From Myxococcota bacterium (GTDB taxonomy: Bacteria > Myxococcota_A > UBA9160 > UBA6930), in the NCBI GenBank assembly GCA_965223415.1, contig OZ245002.1, forward strand, positions 3,456,001 through 3,520,000: DNA of 64,000 nucleotides. Direction: 5' to 3'. A program made the position numbers and the translations under genes. Positions 19,604 to 30,723 of this stretch are shown here, in pieces (the first letter of the stretch is position 1; the number at the start of each line of letters is the position of its first letter). The notes beneath the pieces are model-generated. The model saw only the letters and a list, made by a program, of their open reading frames with translations. It was not told the origin of the DNA and ran no database searches.

Positions 19604-20028
19604 GCCGGCGGATCGTCCAGGAGCGCCTCCTCGAAGCGCCGCCCGAAGAGGTCTTCGCGGCCTGGAGCGCCCCGGACGCGCTCTCGCGCTTCATGTGCCC
19701 CGGGGAGGACATGCGGCCCGCGACGGTCGACGTCGACTTCCGCGTCGGCGGCCGCTTCCGCATCGTCATGCACGGCTCCGAGCGGGACTACGGGCAGAGC
19801 GGCGAGTACCTGGAGAACGAGCGTCCGAAGCGCCTGGTCTTCTCCTGGGTGTCGGACTTCGTCCCCGAGGCCGAATCCAGGACCCGTGTCACCCTCACCC
19901 TCGAGCCCGCCGGCGCCGGGCGGACGCGGCTGCGGCTCGAGCACGACGAGCTTCCGGAGACGGACACCTACGCCGGTCACGAGGCCGGTTGGGCCCGCAT
20001 CCTCGAACTCATGGGCAAGGAGACCTGA
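19600..20028 (+). CDS. SRPBCC/AHSA1 domain protein
   Basis: APPEEVFAAW, DFRVGGRF, GEYLE...RLVFSW, GW. Confidence 0.88.
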   Translation: MSRRIVQERLLEAPPEEVFAAWSAPDALSRFMCPGEDMRPATVDVDFRVGGRFRIVMHGSERDYGQSGEYLENERPKRLVFSWVSDFVPEAESRTRVTLTLEPAGAGRTRLRLEHDELPETDTYAGHEAGWARILELMGKET

Positions 20029-20029
20029 C

Positions 20030-20692
20030 ATGACCGCCGGACGCCATCCCGCCGAAACCCCCGCCTACGCGAAGCTGCGCGACGAGCTGCAGGAGGCCGA
20101 GATCGCCTTGCGCGACCAGCGCGAGCGCGTGGCCGAGCTGCGGCGCCGCCTGCCCCTGGATACGGCCGCCGCCGACGTGACCCTCGAGGAGATCCGCGAC
20201 GGGCAGCGCGTGCCTGTCAAGCTCTCCGAGCTCTTCACGGACGCGGACAAGCCGCTCGTCCTGATGCACTTCATGTTCGGCGGTAGCCAGGCTTCGCCCT
20301 GTCCCATGTGCACGATGTGGGCGGACGGGTACGACGGCGCCATTCCCCACATCGCGCAGCGCGCCAACTTCGCGGTGCTCGTCGCAGGCGACGTGGGCGC
20401 CTTCTCCGACTACGCCCGCAGCCGCGGCTGGCGGCACCTGCGTCTCGTGTCCGCCGCGGGCTCCGGGCTCAAGGCCGAGCTGGGCTTCGAGACCGAGGAG
20501 GGCGCCCAGCTCCCGGGCGTCTCGGTCTATCGCCGCGGCCAGGACGGCGCTCTCACCCACGTCTACTCCCAGTGCGCCTTCCTGGGCGAGGCCGGGTTCC
20601 GCGGCATGGACCTCTTCTCGCCGGTCTGGCACTACTTCGACCTGCTGCCGGAGGGGCGCGGCGACTTCATGCCCGGCAAGTCCTACGCTTGA
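20030..20692 (+). CDS. DUF899 family (thioredoxin-like) protein
   Basis: VAELRRRLP, HFMFG...CPMCTMWADG, DLLPEGR. Confidence 0.85.
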   Translation: MTAGRHPAETPAYAKLRDELQEAEIALRDQRERVAELRRRLPLDTAAADVTLEEIRDGQRVPVKLSELFTDADKPLVLMHFMFGGSQASPCPMCTMWADGYDGAIPHIAQRANFAVLVAGDVGAFSDYARSRGWRHLRLVSAAGSGLKAELGFETEEGAQLPGVSVYRRGQDGALTHVYSQCAFLGEAGFRGMDLFSPVWHYFDLLPEGRGDFMPGKSYA

Positions 20693-20876
20693 GCAGGTGC
20701 GTCGCTCTCGTCGCCGCCGACCGCTTCGCTCCCGCCATCCGGCCCCACGCGCCGGAGGCCGAGGTGCGGGTGCTGGACGGCGCCAGCCACCTCGGGCTGG
20801 TCGGCGAGGCCCGCCTGGCGGAGGACCTGGTGGCCTGGATCGCCGCGTCGGCGCCTTGATCCCCGGGTCGGGCGTC

Positions 20877-21620
20877 CTACTCCGGCCGCAGGTAGCGGTG
20901 GACGAAGGCGTCCGTCGGCGTTTCCATCTCGAAGAAGGGCTTCTCCCGGGTGTCGTCCGGCTGGCGAAGGAAGTCCGCTTCCGCGTCGAAGCGGAAGCCC
21001 GCCGCCTCGAGCTCTCCCCGCAGGAGCGCGGCGTCGATGCGGTGGACCGTCTCGCCCGCCTCGGGGCCGGCGCCGGGCTTCGCGTGGTGATCGATGACGA
21101 CCAGCGCGCCGCCCGGGCGGAGCGCGGCCAGCAGCCGGGCGTTCATGGCCGCCCGGTCGACGTCGCCGTAGAGCGTGTCGTGGTAGATGAAGACCATGGT
21201 GATGAGATCGAGCCCCGTGGCCTCCGGCGGCAGCGGGTCCACGAACTGCCGGTCGACGCGGACCGCCCCCTTCATGGCGGGACGCTCGAAGAGCGCGGGC
21301 CAGGCTTCCTTCACGTACTTCTCGATCACGTAGGGCGTGTTGTGGGCGAAGACCGTGCCGGATTCGCCGACGGCGCGGGCCAGGAGCTCGGCGGTGTAGC
21401 CACTGCCGGCTCCCAGGTCCGCGACCTTCATGCCGGGCGCGACGCCCGTGAAGACGAGCAGCTCCGCCGGCTTTCGCCGCCCGTCCCGCTCGCGGTCCGC
21501 GTCCGTGCGGTCCGCGGCGCCGACCAGGGCGGCGGCCTCGGCGGGGGTGAGGGCGGAGGCGGCCGGAGCCGCCAGGAGGAGGAGGGAGGGGAGGGCGATC
21601 GCGCGGAGGAAGAAGTGCAT
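20877..21620 (-). CDS. Class I SAM-dependent methyltransferase with predicted signal peptide
   Basis: RDGRRKPAELL, DLGAGSGY, YHD, LRPGG, IDH, HRID; hydrophobic N-terminus ending ASA. Confidence 0.85.
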   Translation of the reverse strand: MHFFLRAIALPSLLLLAAPAASALTPAEAAALVGAADRTDADRERDGRRKPAELLVFTGVAPGMKVADLGAGSGYTAELLARAVGESGTVFAHNTPYVIEKYVKEAWPALFERPAMKGAVRVDRQFVDPLPPEATGLDLITMVFIYHDTLYGDVDRAAMNARLLAALRPGGALVVIDHHAKPGAGPEAGETVHRIDAALLRGELEAAGFRFDAEADFLRQPDDTREKPFFEMETPTDAFVHRYLRPE

Positions 21621-21642
21621 CGCCCGATGGTAGGGCCTTCGG

Positions 21643-22405
21643 ATGCGCGCCACCGCGGCGCTCGTCGCCGGGCTGCTCCTGCTGCTCGCGGCCCCGCCCG
21701 GCGGCGCTCAGGTCGCCGACCCGGTCCCGGACGTTCCCCAGGGCCCCCGAGGTGTCGCCGCCCGGCACGTGGTTACCGCTGCCCGACAGCGGGAGCCTGG
21801 CGAAGCCGCGGGCCCGGCCGATGACCCTCGTCGGCGACGGCGCGGGGCGGCGCTTCGTCGTCGACCACAACGGGCTCCTCTACCAGCTCCACGCGGATGA
21901 CTCACTGTCGGTCTTCCTCGACCTGGCCGCCGCCACCAGTCTCGTGGCGAACCAGTGCCAGAAGGGCCTCGCCTCCGCCGCCTTCCACCCGGACGACCAC
22001 GTTTCCGGAGCGGCCGGCTTCGGCAAGCTCTACACGGCCAGCAGCCAGCCGGCGAGCGTGACGCCGGACTTCCCGGTGCCGGCGGGCGGGCCCACCTCCC
22101 ACCACTCGGTGGTCCACGAGTGGGACGTGGACCCGACGGATCCGAACGCCGGCGGCGTCTCCGCCGGCGCCGCCCCGGACCCGAACGGCGCCGACCCCCA
22201 GTGCCCGGCTGCCTGGGGCGACCGGGAGGCGTCGCTCGGCGGCGGGGGGTGTGGGCTCGGACCGGAGCTCGTCGGGCTGCTGCCGTTGCTCTTGGCGTGG
22301 CGCAGGCGGCGGGGGTCGCGACGGCCCGTTCAGTCGGCCGGCTCCGGGAAGAGCCCGACGATCAGCGGGTCGTGGTCGGAGGCGCGGAAGGGATCCGGCA
22401 CGTAG
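21643..22405 (+). pseudogene. Decayed exported PQQ-dependent sugar (glucose/sorbosone) dehydrogenase-like gene with CGLGPEL tail
   Basis: Signal-peptide ORF at 21643 shifts frame near 21777; the second frame has RFVVDHNG...FLDL...GLASAAFHPD...GKLYT, then jumps to a C-terminal tail. Confidence 0.7.
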
Positions 22406-24182
22406 AGCCCGGGCGGGCGATCCTCGCGGTAGTCGAGCAGTCGCAGCTCATCGCTGTTCGTGTGCCACACGGCCGCTCCGCCGATACGGGGCAGCAGTGC
22501 GGGATGGGCCAGCGCGTGGTCGAGCCTTCCCGCCCCGCCGTCGAACACGAAGCTGTAGGCCTCCGGATCTCCCTGCCATTCGAAGAGGTCGACGTAGCCC
22601 GCGGAGGCGAGGGCCGTCAGCGGGTCCTCCCGGGGATGGCATTCAGGTCGCCGACGATCAACACCGGTGCACCGCCGGAGTGGGTCGGGTCCGTGGCAAG
22701 CCACTCGGCGAGTGCGGCGGCGCCCCGGAGCCGCGTTCCGTTGCAGCGCCCCTGTCCATCGCCCGTATCCGGATCGCCGGCCGCATCGCAGGAGGAGCCC
22801 TTCGACTTGAAGTGGTTCACGACGAGGGTGAGATGCTCACCGCTCGCCAGGTGGCGGAAGGTCTGGGCGAGGCTCGGCCGGTTGCGGGTCGAATCGAAGT
22901 CCTCGTGGGCCAGGGCATCGAGCACCGCCGGGACGCCGACCGGCTCCAGGAGGTCGGGTCGATAGAGGAGGCCGACGGAGATGGCGTGGGAGCCGAGGGC
23001 TCCCGGTCCCGGGTCGACGATCGCGAAGGGCGCCGCCGGCACGTGGCGCGCGAGGGCATCGGCCAGCTCGCGGGCGGCGCTTCCGGGCCCGACGCCGTTG
23101 TTCTCGAGCTCCGCCAGGGCGATCAGGTGGGCATCCGCGGCCGCCAGGGTCGCCACCAGCTTGGCGCGCTGGCGCTCGAGCTCGAGGGGGCTGCGGGCAC
23201 CGCGGGTCGGGAAGCCGCCTCCGCGGCCGTCGCCGTTGAAGTGGTTGCCGACGTTCCAGGCGAGCACGCGGAGCGCGCCGGCGACGTCCGGCGGCCCGGT
23301 GGGACGAAGCGCCGTGCTCTCGAAGCGAACGGGGCGGGTGGGCTGGATCCGGTAGCGGCCGAAGGCGAAGTCCAGCACGCCTTCGACGGGTCCACCCAGA
23401 TCGCCCAGGCGCAGGGGCAGGCCGTGCATCGTCTCGAGGTAGGGCGGAGGCGTCGGGTCCCGGAGCCGGCTGCCATCGTCGAGCAGGATGCGGCGCCGGG
23501 CATGATCGGCATGCCGCGCCCGGGCTTCCCGACCCGGCCAGGCGACCTGGGTCGGCGCGGGCAGGCGGCCTCCCGCGGCGAGAACGACCTCGCCGAAGCG
23601 CCCCGCAGCGAAGTGGTCGGTCAGTGTCAGGCCGCTGTCCAAGCGCACGGCCATGCCCTCCCATCGCTCCCACTCCGCCTCGGAAGGAACCGGCAGCTCC
23701 ACGCCGGCGGGGGTCGCTCGCCCGCCGGGTTCGCAGCGGATCACGCTCTCGATCCCTCCGAGCTCCGTCAGTCCGAAGAACTCCCGGACCCGGCCGCTCA
23801 CCCGCACCGTGTCGCCGGTACGGACGTCGACGGCAGCGCTGCCGTCGAAGACGAAGAGCCCCTCCGAGGTGCCCGGATCCGCGTCGGCGTGGGCGTCCTC
23901 CTCCTGGAGGAAGAAGCCGCCGAGACCCTCCGGGTAGCCCTGGAAATCGCCCACCACGACACCCTCCACCACGACGCCGGCCCGACCAGCGAGTGGACTC
24001 GAGAGGCCGGCTCCCTGGATCTCGTGGACCCGCGTTGCCGGAGCGCCGCAGACGTCCGGCGGATGCACGACGGAGCAGCGCGCTCCGAGGCCGAGGACGG
24101 CGGCGAGGACGAGGGCCCCGGCGTGGGCGGGAGAGCGGGCGGGGAAGGAGCGGGACGCGAGACGTCGCGCCGGCATGGTCAC
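22330..24182 (-). pseudogene. ExeM/NucH-family extracellular endonuclease, frameshifted
   Basis: GFFLQ, SEGLFVF, EGMAV, NHFKSKG, GDLNA in one frame; EDP...LDH...ASDHDP in another; 1-nt deletion at 22637/22638. Confidence 0.85.
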
Positions 24183-24412
24183 CTCTGACAGACCGGAGTC
24201 TGCTCTTCGGGACCGCTGCGCGATCGGATCTCGCGGGGGTGAGCGAGGCGCGGCGCCTCCACTCCACTTCTAGCAGGTGGACGGACCCGGAGCGAGTGCC
24301 TGCCCGACCGTCGCCGGCAGCGGCTCCTGTTCCCGCTCCCGCGAGGGCCCCCGTGAGCGAGGCGGAGGAGCGCCTCGGCTCCAGCTCAGGAAGGCGGTGC
24401 CCCGCCCGGGCC

Positions 24413-25858
<1,446 letters not shown>

Positions 25859-25913
25859 GGGGGCGACTCCTTGGGTGCGGGCGCGCGGGCCCGAAGAAGG
25901 CTGGGATTGTATT

Positions 25914-25931
25914 CATCCGTTTATGCGGATG
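25914..25931. promoter_or_regulatory. Palindromic operator candidate upstream of ahcY
   Basis: CATCCG-N6-CGGATG in an AT-richer divergent intergenic region. Confidence 0.5.
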
Positions 25932-25986
25932 CAATGGTGCATTTCTTGAGACTCGGATCCCCTGGGGGATCAGCTAGCTTCCGAGC

Positions 25987-26568
25987 ATGCGAACGGCCCT
26001 GCTCGCCCTGCTCGTCCTGCTGGCCGCCGGGGCGGTGGCGGCTCCGGACTCCCCTCTCGGCGTGACGGTTCGCCGGATCGACGGAAAAGAGGAGGCGCTC
26101 TCCCGTCACGCGGGCAAGGTCCTCCTGATCGTGAACGTGGCGAGCCAGTGCGGCTTCACCCCCCAGTACGAGGGGCTGGAGGCGCTCCACGAGCGCTACC
26201 GGGAGCGCGGGCTCGTGGTCCTGGGCTTCCCCTCCAACGACTTCGCCGGTCGGGAGCCCGGCAGCGACGCGGAGATCGCCGATTTCTGCCGCGCGAACTG
26301 GGGCGTGACCTTTCCGATGTACGCCAAGCTGCACGTCGCCGGCCCGGACCAGCATCCGCTCTACGCCTACCTGACCGGCCTTCCCGTGCCCCTCGGAGGC
26401 CCCGTCGAGTGGAACTTCCAGAAGTACCTGGTCGGCCGGGACGGCCGGGTCGCCGACCGCATCGCGCCCGCCATCGAGCCGCTCGCGGACGAGCTGGTCG
26501 GGAAGATCGAGATCCTGCTGGACGAGCCGGTGCCTACGGATAGCGGAGGCCGCAGAGCTCCTCGCTGA
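25987..26568 (+). CDS. Glutathione peroxidase (Cys-type) with signal peptide
   Basis: NVASQCGFTPQY, GFPSNDF..REPG, WNFQKYL. Confidence 0.93.
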   Translation: MRTALLALLVLLAAGAVAAPDSPLGVTVRRIDGKEEALSRHAGKVLLIVNVASQCGFTPQYEGLEALHERYRERGLVVLGFPSNDFAGREPGSDAEIADFCRANWGVTFPMYAKLHVAGPDQHPLYAYLTGLPVPLGGPVEWNFQKYLVGRDGRVADRIAPAIEPLADELVGKIEILLDEPVPTDSGGRRAPR

Positions 26569-26611
26569 TCTCCCACAATCGCCGGGCCGTCTCGGGGTGG
26601 GTCGCGTGGGA

Positions 26612-26965
26612 CGCCCGCACTTCCCGATCAACCTGGCGGACCTGCTCTTGCGCCACGGCAGCGCGAACCACAAGCGGGAGACGATCGCGTTCTCGAAGCG
26701 GAGGCAGGGGGCGCTGTACCGGGCGGCGATCTGGGTGGTGTGGCGGAACTACGTGAAGTGGAGCGCCGAGGGCAAGCGCAGCGATCCCCCGGCGGTGCAG
26801 CTCGGGATCGTCCCGACACGGCTCTCGGTGAACGAGATCCTCTCGCGTCGCCTCTTCCCGTGGCGCCAGGAGCTCGCGCCCTGGCTCACGGCCTGCTACC
26901 GCGGCCGAATCCGCACGCGATGCCTCGCGAGGCAGAGGACGCACCGACTTCGCTACGCGGACTGA
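26612..26965 (+). pseudogene. C-terminal fragment of a putative transposase (IS1-like)
   Basis: HKRETIAFSKR...WRNY...PAVQLG resembles IS1-type C-termini (RxTxxFSK, PAMxxG); N-terminus absent. Confidence 0.5.
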
Positions 26966-27030
26966 GCGACCGATCCCCGTGAACGAGGGGGCACCTCCCC
27001 CCCCCCCAGACCCAATCTTCGATCCACAAC

Positions 27031-28281
27031 TCACTCCATGCGTGCGGCGTCGGTCGTCGCCGCCACGATCCCGACCAGCACCAGCATCGCGCCACCCAGC
27101 GCCATCAGCGAGCCCCCGGGTCCGAGGGTGGCGGTGGTGTATCCGGCCATGAGCGAGCCCACCGGTGCCGCGCCGAGGAAGCCGAGCTGGTTGACCGCGA
27201 GGACCCGGCCGCGGGAGGGACCGCGGGCGCGCTCCTGGAAGAGGGTGCGGCTCATGTTCATGAAGACCGAGCCGCAGAGCCCCCAGCCCAGGGTCGCCGC
27301 CACGGCGCCCCCGTAGGGCACGCCGCTGCCGGCGGCCATCAGGCACAGCCCGCCGCTCGCCAGGGCCAGCGCGAGGGCGCGGCCCTTGCGCCGGATGCCG
27401 CCGCGCTTCAGGAGCACGAGGCTTCCCGCGATCGTGCCGATCGGGAACATCATCATCAGCAGCGAGAGCTGCTGCACACTGCCGCCGTAGACGTCGCGTA
27501 CCAGCAGCGGGAAGACGACGTGGTAGCTGCCCATGAAGAACAGGCCGACCCCGGCCACGAGCAGCAACACCGGACGCAGCTCCGAAGCCCACACGAAGCG
27601 CACGCCCTCGGTCATCTCGCCCAGTGAGAGGCGGCGTGCGGGGGGGACGTCGCGCTTGGCGCGGGCCGGGAGACGCCGGGCGAAGAGCGACCCCGCGGCC
27701 AGCACGACGGCCTGCACGGCGAGGGCCGCCTCGGTGCCGATCCAGCGGGCGGCACCGACGATGGTCATACCCACGGTCTGAGAGCCGAACTGGACCACCG
27801 TAACGCCGGTGACCGCTCGCCCGAGGTCGTCGCCGGCGACCGTCGACAGGATGCTGTCGCGGGCCGGATTGCTGAAGGCGCTGCTCATGCCGACGCCCAG
27901 GCCGCAGAGCACGAGCACCGGAAGCGAGAGCCAGCCGCCCGCCACGGCGGCGAGGAGCAGGGCCACGGGGATCACGGCACCCAGATGGAGGACGATGAGC
28001 AGGCGCCGCGGGTCGAAGCGGTCGGCGATGGCACCGCCCACGAGAAGGAAGCTCAGGTTCGAGACCAGCACGGACATCTGCGCGAGGCCGGTGGTCTCGG
28101 CGCTGGCCTGGAGCACGCCGACGACGAGCCACGGGAAGAGCACCTGCTGCATGCCCCAGCCCCCGAACCAGGACGAGATCGTCCCGAGGTAGGAGACGAA
28201 CTGCCGGCGCCGCTCGCGCTCGGCGGCTGCGCCGGTGGGGGAGGGCGACGGCGGGCCGGGTTCGCGGGCGGGCTCCGCCAT
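27031..28281 (-). CDS. MFS transporter
   Basis: GAIADRFDPRRLL motif A, about 12 hydrophobic segments, RGRV. Confidence 0.9.
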   Translation of the reverse strand: MAEPAREPGPPSPSPTGAAAERERRRQFVSYLGTISSWFGGWGMQQVLFPWLVVGVLQASAETTGLAQMSVLVSNLSFLLVGGAIADRFDPRRLLIVLHLGAVIPVALLLAAVAGGWLSLPVLVLCGLGVGMSSAFSNPARDSILSTVAGDDLGRAVTGVTVVQFGSQTVGMTIVGAARWIGTEAALAVQAVVLAAGSLFARRLPARAKRDVPPARRLSLGEMTEGVRFVWASELRPVLLLVAGVGLFFMGSYHVVFPLLVRDVYGGSVQQLSLLMMMFPIGTIAGSLVLLKRGGIRRKGRALALALASGGLCLMAAGSGVPYGGAVAATLGWGLCGSVFMNMSRTLFQERARGPSRGRVLAVNQLGFLGAAPVGSLMAGYTTATLGPGGSLMALGGAMLVLVGIVAATTDAARME

Positions 28282-28346
28282 CCGGCGATGGTACCGGTCG
28301 CCCGCCGGGTCGCGTAGAGTCAACGGCCGATTCCGGAGGAGTGCCC

Positions 28347-29228
28347 ATGCGCCTCGGCCTGCAGGTTCCGAACTTCACCTGGCCCGGCGGAGCGGACGCG
28401 ATCGCCGGCACGCTCCGGCAGATCGCCGAGACCGCCGACGAGGGCGGCTTCGCCAGCCTCTGGGTCATGGATCACTTCTTCCAGATCCCGCTGGTCGGAC
28501 GGCCCGAGACCGACATGCTGGAGGGCTACGGCGCCCTCCACTACCTGGCGGGCCTCACGCGCCGCGTGCGGCTGGGCACGATGGTGACCGGGGTGACCTA
28601 TCGCCATCCCGGGGTGCTGGTGAAGACCGTGAGCACGCTGGACGTGCTCTCCGGCGGGCGCGCGACCCTCGGGATCGGCGCCGCCTGGTTCGACCGCGAG
28701 CACCACGGCCTGGGGGTTCCGTACCCGCCCCTGGGCGAGCGCTTCGAGCGTCTCGAGGAGACGCTGCAGATCGCTGAGCAGATGTGGTCCGAGGACGACG
28801 GGCCCTACGAGGGCCACCACTACCAGCTCGCCGAGACCCTGTGCGTGCCCCGGCCGCTCCAGCGGCCGCGGCCGCCGATCCTGATCGGCGGCATGGGCGA
28901 GCGCAAGACCCTGCGTCTCGTCGCCCTCTACGGCGACGCCTGCAACCTCTTCACCTTCATGGGCATGGACGAGCTGGGCCGCAAGCTCGACGTGCTCCGC
29001 CGCCACTGCGAAGACGTCGAGCGGGACTTCGACGAGCTCGAGCGCACCAGCCTCTCGACCATCCAGCTCGGCCCCGAGCACATGAGCGTCCCCGACGTCA
29101 TCGCCCACTGCCGCCAGCTCGCAGACCTCGGTATCCAGCACGCCATCGTGAACCTCCCCGACGTCCACGACATCACGCCCCTCGAGACCCTCGCCAAGGA
29201 AGTCGTCCCCGAGATCACCGGCTTCTGA
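28347..29228 (+). CDS. LLM-class oxidoreductase, predicted F420-dependent type
   Basis: WVMDHFFQI, GTMVTGVTYRHPG, LGIGAAW, GGMGERKTL. Confidence 0.85.
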   Translation: MRLGLQVPNFTWPGGADAIAGTLRQIAETADEGGFASLWVMDHFFQIPLVGRPETDMLEGYGALHYLAGLTRRVRLGTMVTGVTYRHPGVLVKTVSTLDVLSGGRATLGIGAAWFDREHHGLGVPYPPLGERFERLEETLQIAEQMWSEDDGPYEGHHYQLAETLCVPRPLQRPRPPILIGGMGERKTLRLVALYGDACNLFTFMGMDELGRKLDVLRRHCEDVERDFDELERTSLSTIQLGPEHMSVPDVIAHCRQLADLGIQHAIVNLPDVHDITPLETLAKEVVPEITGF

Positions 29229-30708
29229 ACGTTCCCTCTGCCGCGTTGAGGATGGTGCGGGCGCCTTGTTGGCCGGAGGTGATGACGCCGGTGATGCCGC
29301 CGCCGGGCTGGGTCCAGTGGCCGGCGAGGTGGAGCCCACGAATGGGAGTCGTCGGGTCGGGGCGGCCGGGGCCCACCTGGGCGGGGGTGAGGGCGAAGCC
29401 GTAGAGGGCGCCGGCCTCGTTGCGGGTGTAGCGCTCGAGGGTGCGGGGCGTGGCGCCTTCGCGGAAGCGGATCGCCGGACCGAGGCCGGGCAGCCGCGCC
29501 GCGGCGGCCTGGATCAACGCCTCGGTGAGCTCCTCCTTGCGGGCCGGCCAGGGGCCCGCGTCGGCGCCGAGCAGCGTGGTCAGCACCAGCAGGTGCTCGT
29601 CGTCCGGCGCCAGCGACGGGTCCAGCCCGGTCGGGACCGTGGCGGTGAACCAGCTGGGCCGGCCCGCGAGCGCAGTGCCGTAGGCCGCCTCGTGGTCGAC
29701 GCCGTCGTAGAAGAAGGTCTCGTGGACCCTCGCCGGCAGCGCGGCGCGCTCCACCGCCAGGTAGACCACGAAGCCGGAGATCGAGGCCTCGAGGCGTTCG
29801 AGCTGGCGCCGCGAGCCCGCCGGGATGTGCTCCCGCCCGATCAGCTCGAAGGCGGTCTGCCGGGCGTCCGCGTTCGAGACCACGACCGGCGCGGCGATGC
29901 GCTGCCCGTTCTCGAGCACGATGCCCCGCGCCGCCTCGTCCGACACCAGGATGCGTCGGACTGGACTGCGCAGCAGGATCTCTCCCCCGTGGCTCTCCAC
30001 CGCATGGGCCAGGGCCCGCGCCAGGTTCTGGAAGCTGCCGCGCGCGTAGATTGCGCCCGCCTCCAGGTAGGAGACGAGCATCGTCGACCAGTAGAGGAAC
30101 GAGAGCTTCGAGGGCGGCAGGCCCAGGTAGGGCCACAGGGCGGTGAGCGCCGCCCGCGCGGCGGGATCGCGCACCTGGGATTCGAGCACGTCGGCCACGC
30201 TGGCGCGCCGGTGCCGCAGGAGCGCCGGGAAGCGGCTGGCCCGGCGCAGGATCTCCATCGGTGAGTCGAGCAACGCCGCCCGGTCCGTCTCCCGCGCGAT
30301 GTCCGCGCACTCGGTGAGGAAGGCGCGAATGCCCTTCTCTTCCTTCGGGAAGGCCGCCACGTGGGCCTCGCCGAAGCCCTCCAGGTCGCCCGGCACCTCC
30401 AGGCGCGTACCCGGCAGCTCGACGGCGTAGAAGGGCTCGACCGGCAGCCCCTCGCAGCGATCCGCCACGCCGAGCTCTTCGAGCAGCGCCTCGACGCGCC
30501 CGCGACCCACCACGTGCACCGCCGAGTCGAACAGCCGGCGCCCGCGGCGGAAGGCGTGGGCGTAGCCGCCGACCCGGTCGTGCCGCTCGACGACGAGCAC
30601 CCGCCTTCCCGCCCTGGCCAGCAGGGCGGCCGCCGTGAGGCCGCCGATCCCGCTCCCCACCACGACGATGTCGTAGTGATCGCTGCGCGCCTCCGGGTGG
30701 AACCGCAA
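29215..30708 (-). CDS. Phytoene desaturase-family FAD-dependent oxidoreductase
   Basis: GSGIGG, VGGYAH.F, ATPRTLERYT...GALYG, LAGHWTQPGGG. Confidence 0.85.
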   Translation of the reverse strand: MRFHPEARSDHYDIVVVGSGIGGLTAAALLARAGRRVLVVERHDRVGGYAHAFRRGRRLFDSAVHVVGRGRVEALLEELGVADRCEGLPVEPFYAVELPGTRLEVPGDLEGFGEAHVAAFPKEEKGIRAFLTECADIARETDRAALLDSPMEILRRASRFPALLRHRRASVADVLESQVRDPAARAALTALWPYLGLPPSKLSFLYWSTMLVSYLEAGAIYARGSFQNLARALAHAVESHGGEILLRSPVRRILVSDEAARGIVLENGQRIAAPVVVSNADARQTAFELIGREHIPAGSRRQLERLEASISGFVVYLAVERAALPARVHETFFYDGVDHEAAYGTALAGRPSWFTATVPTGLDPSLAPDDEHLLVLTTLLGADAGPWPARKEELTEALIQAAAARLPGLGPAIRFREGATPRTLERYTRNEAGALYGFALTPAQVGPGRPDPTTPIRGLHLAGHWTQPGGGITGVITSGQQGARTILNAAEGTFRSR

Positions 30709-30723
30709 TGGGGCGGCCGCGCT

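Noticed and set aside
20693..20859. Possible alpha/beta-hydrolase C-terminal remnant (VLDGASHLGLV)
   Set aside because: Too short and without a start; suggestive of decay but not supportable as a feature.
24350..24385. GAGGAGCG-containing hairpin as an SAH riboswitch
   Set aside because: It lies downstream of ahcY and on the opposite strand; more likely an ordinary intergenic hairpin.
25987..26568. Selenocysteine glutathione peroxidase
   Set aside because: The active-site codon is TGC (Cys), with no in-frame TGA.
26997..27007. 11-C run as a phase-variation tract
   Set aside because: Intergenic between convergent 3' ends, not in a promoter or CDS.
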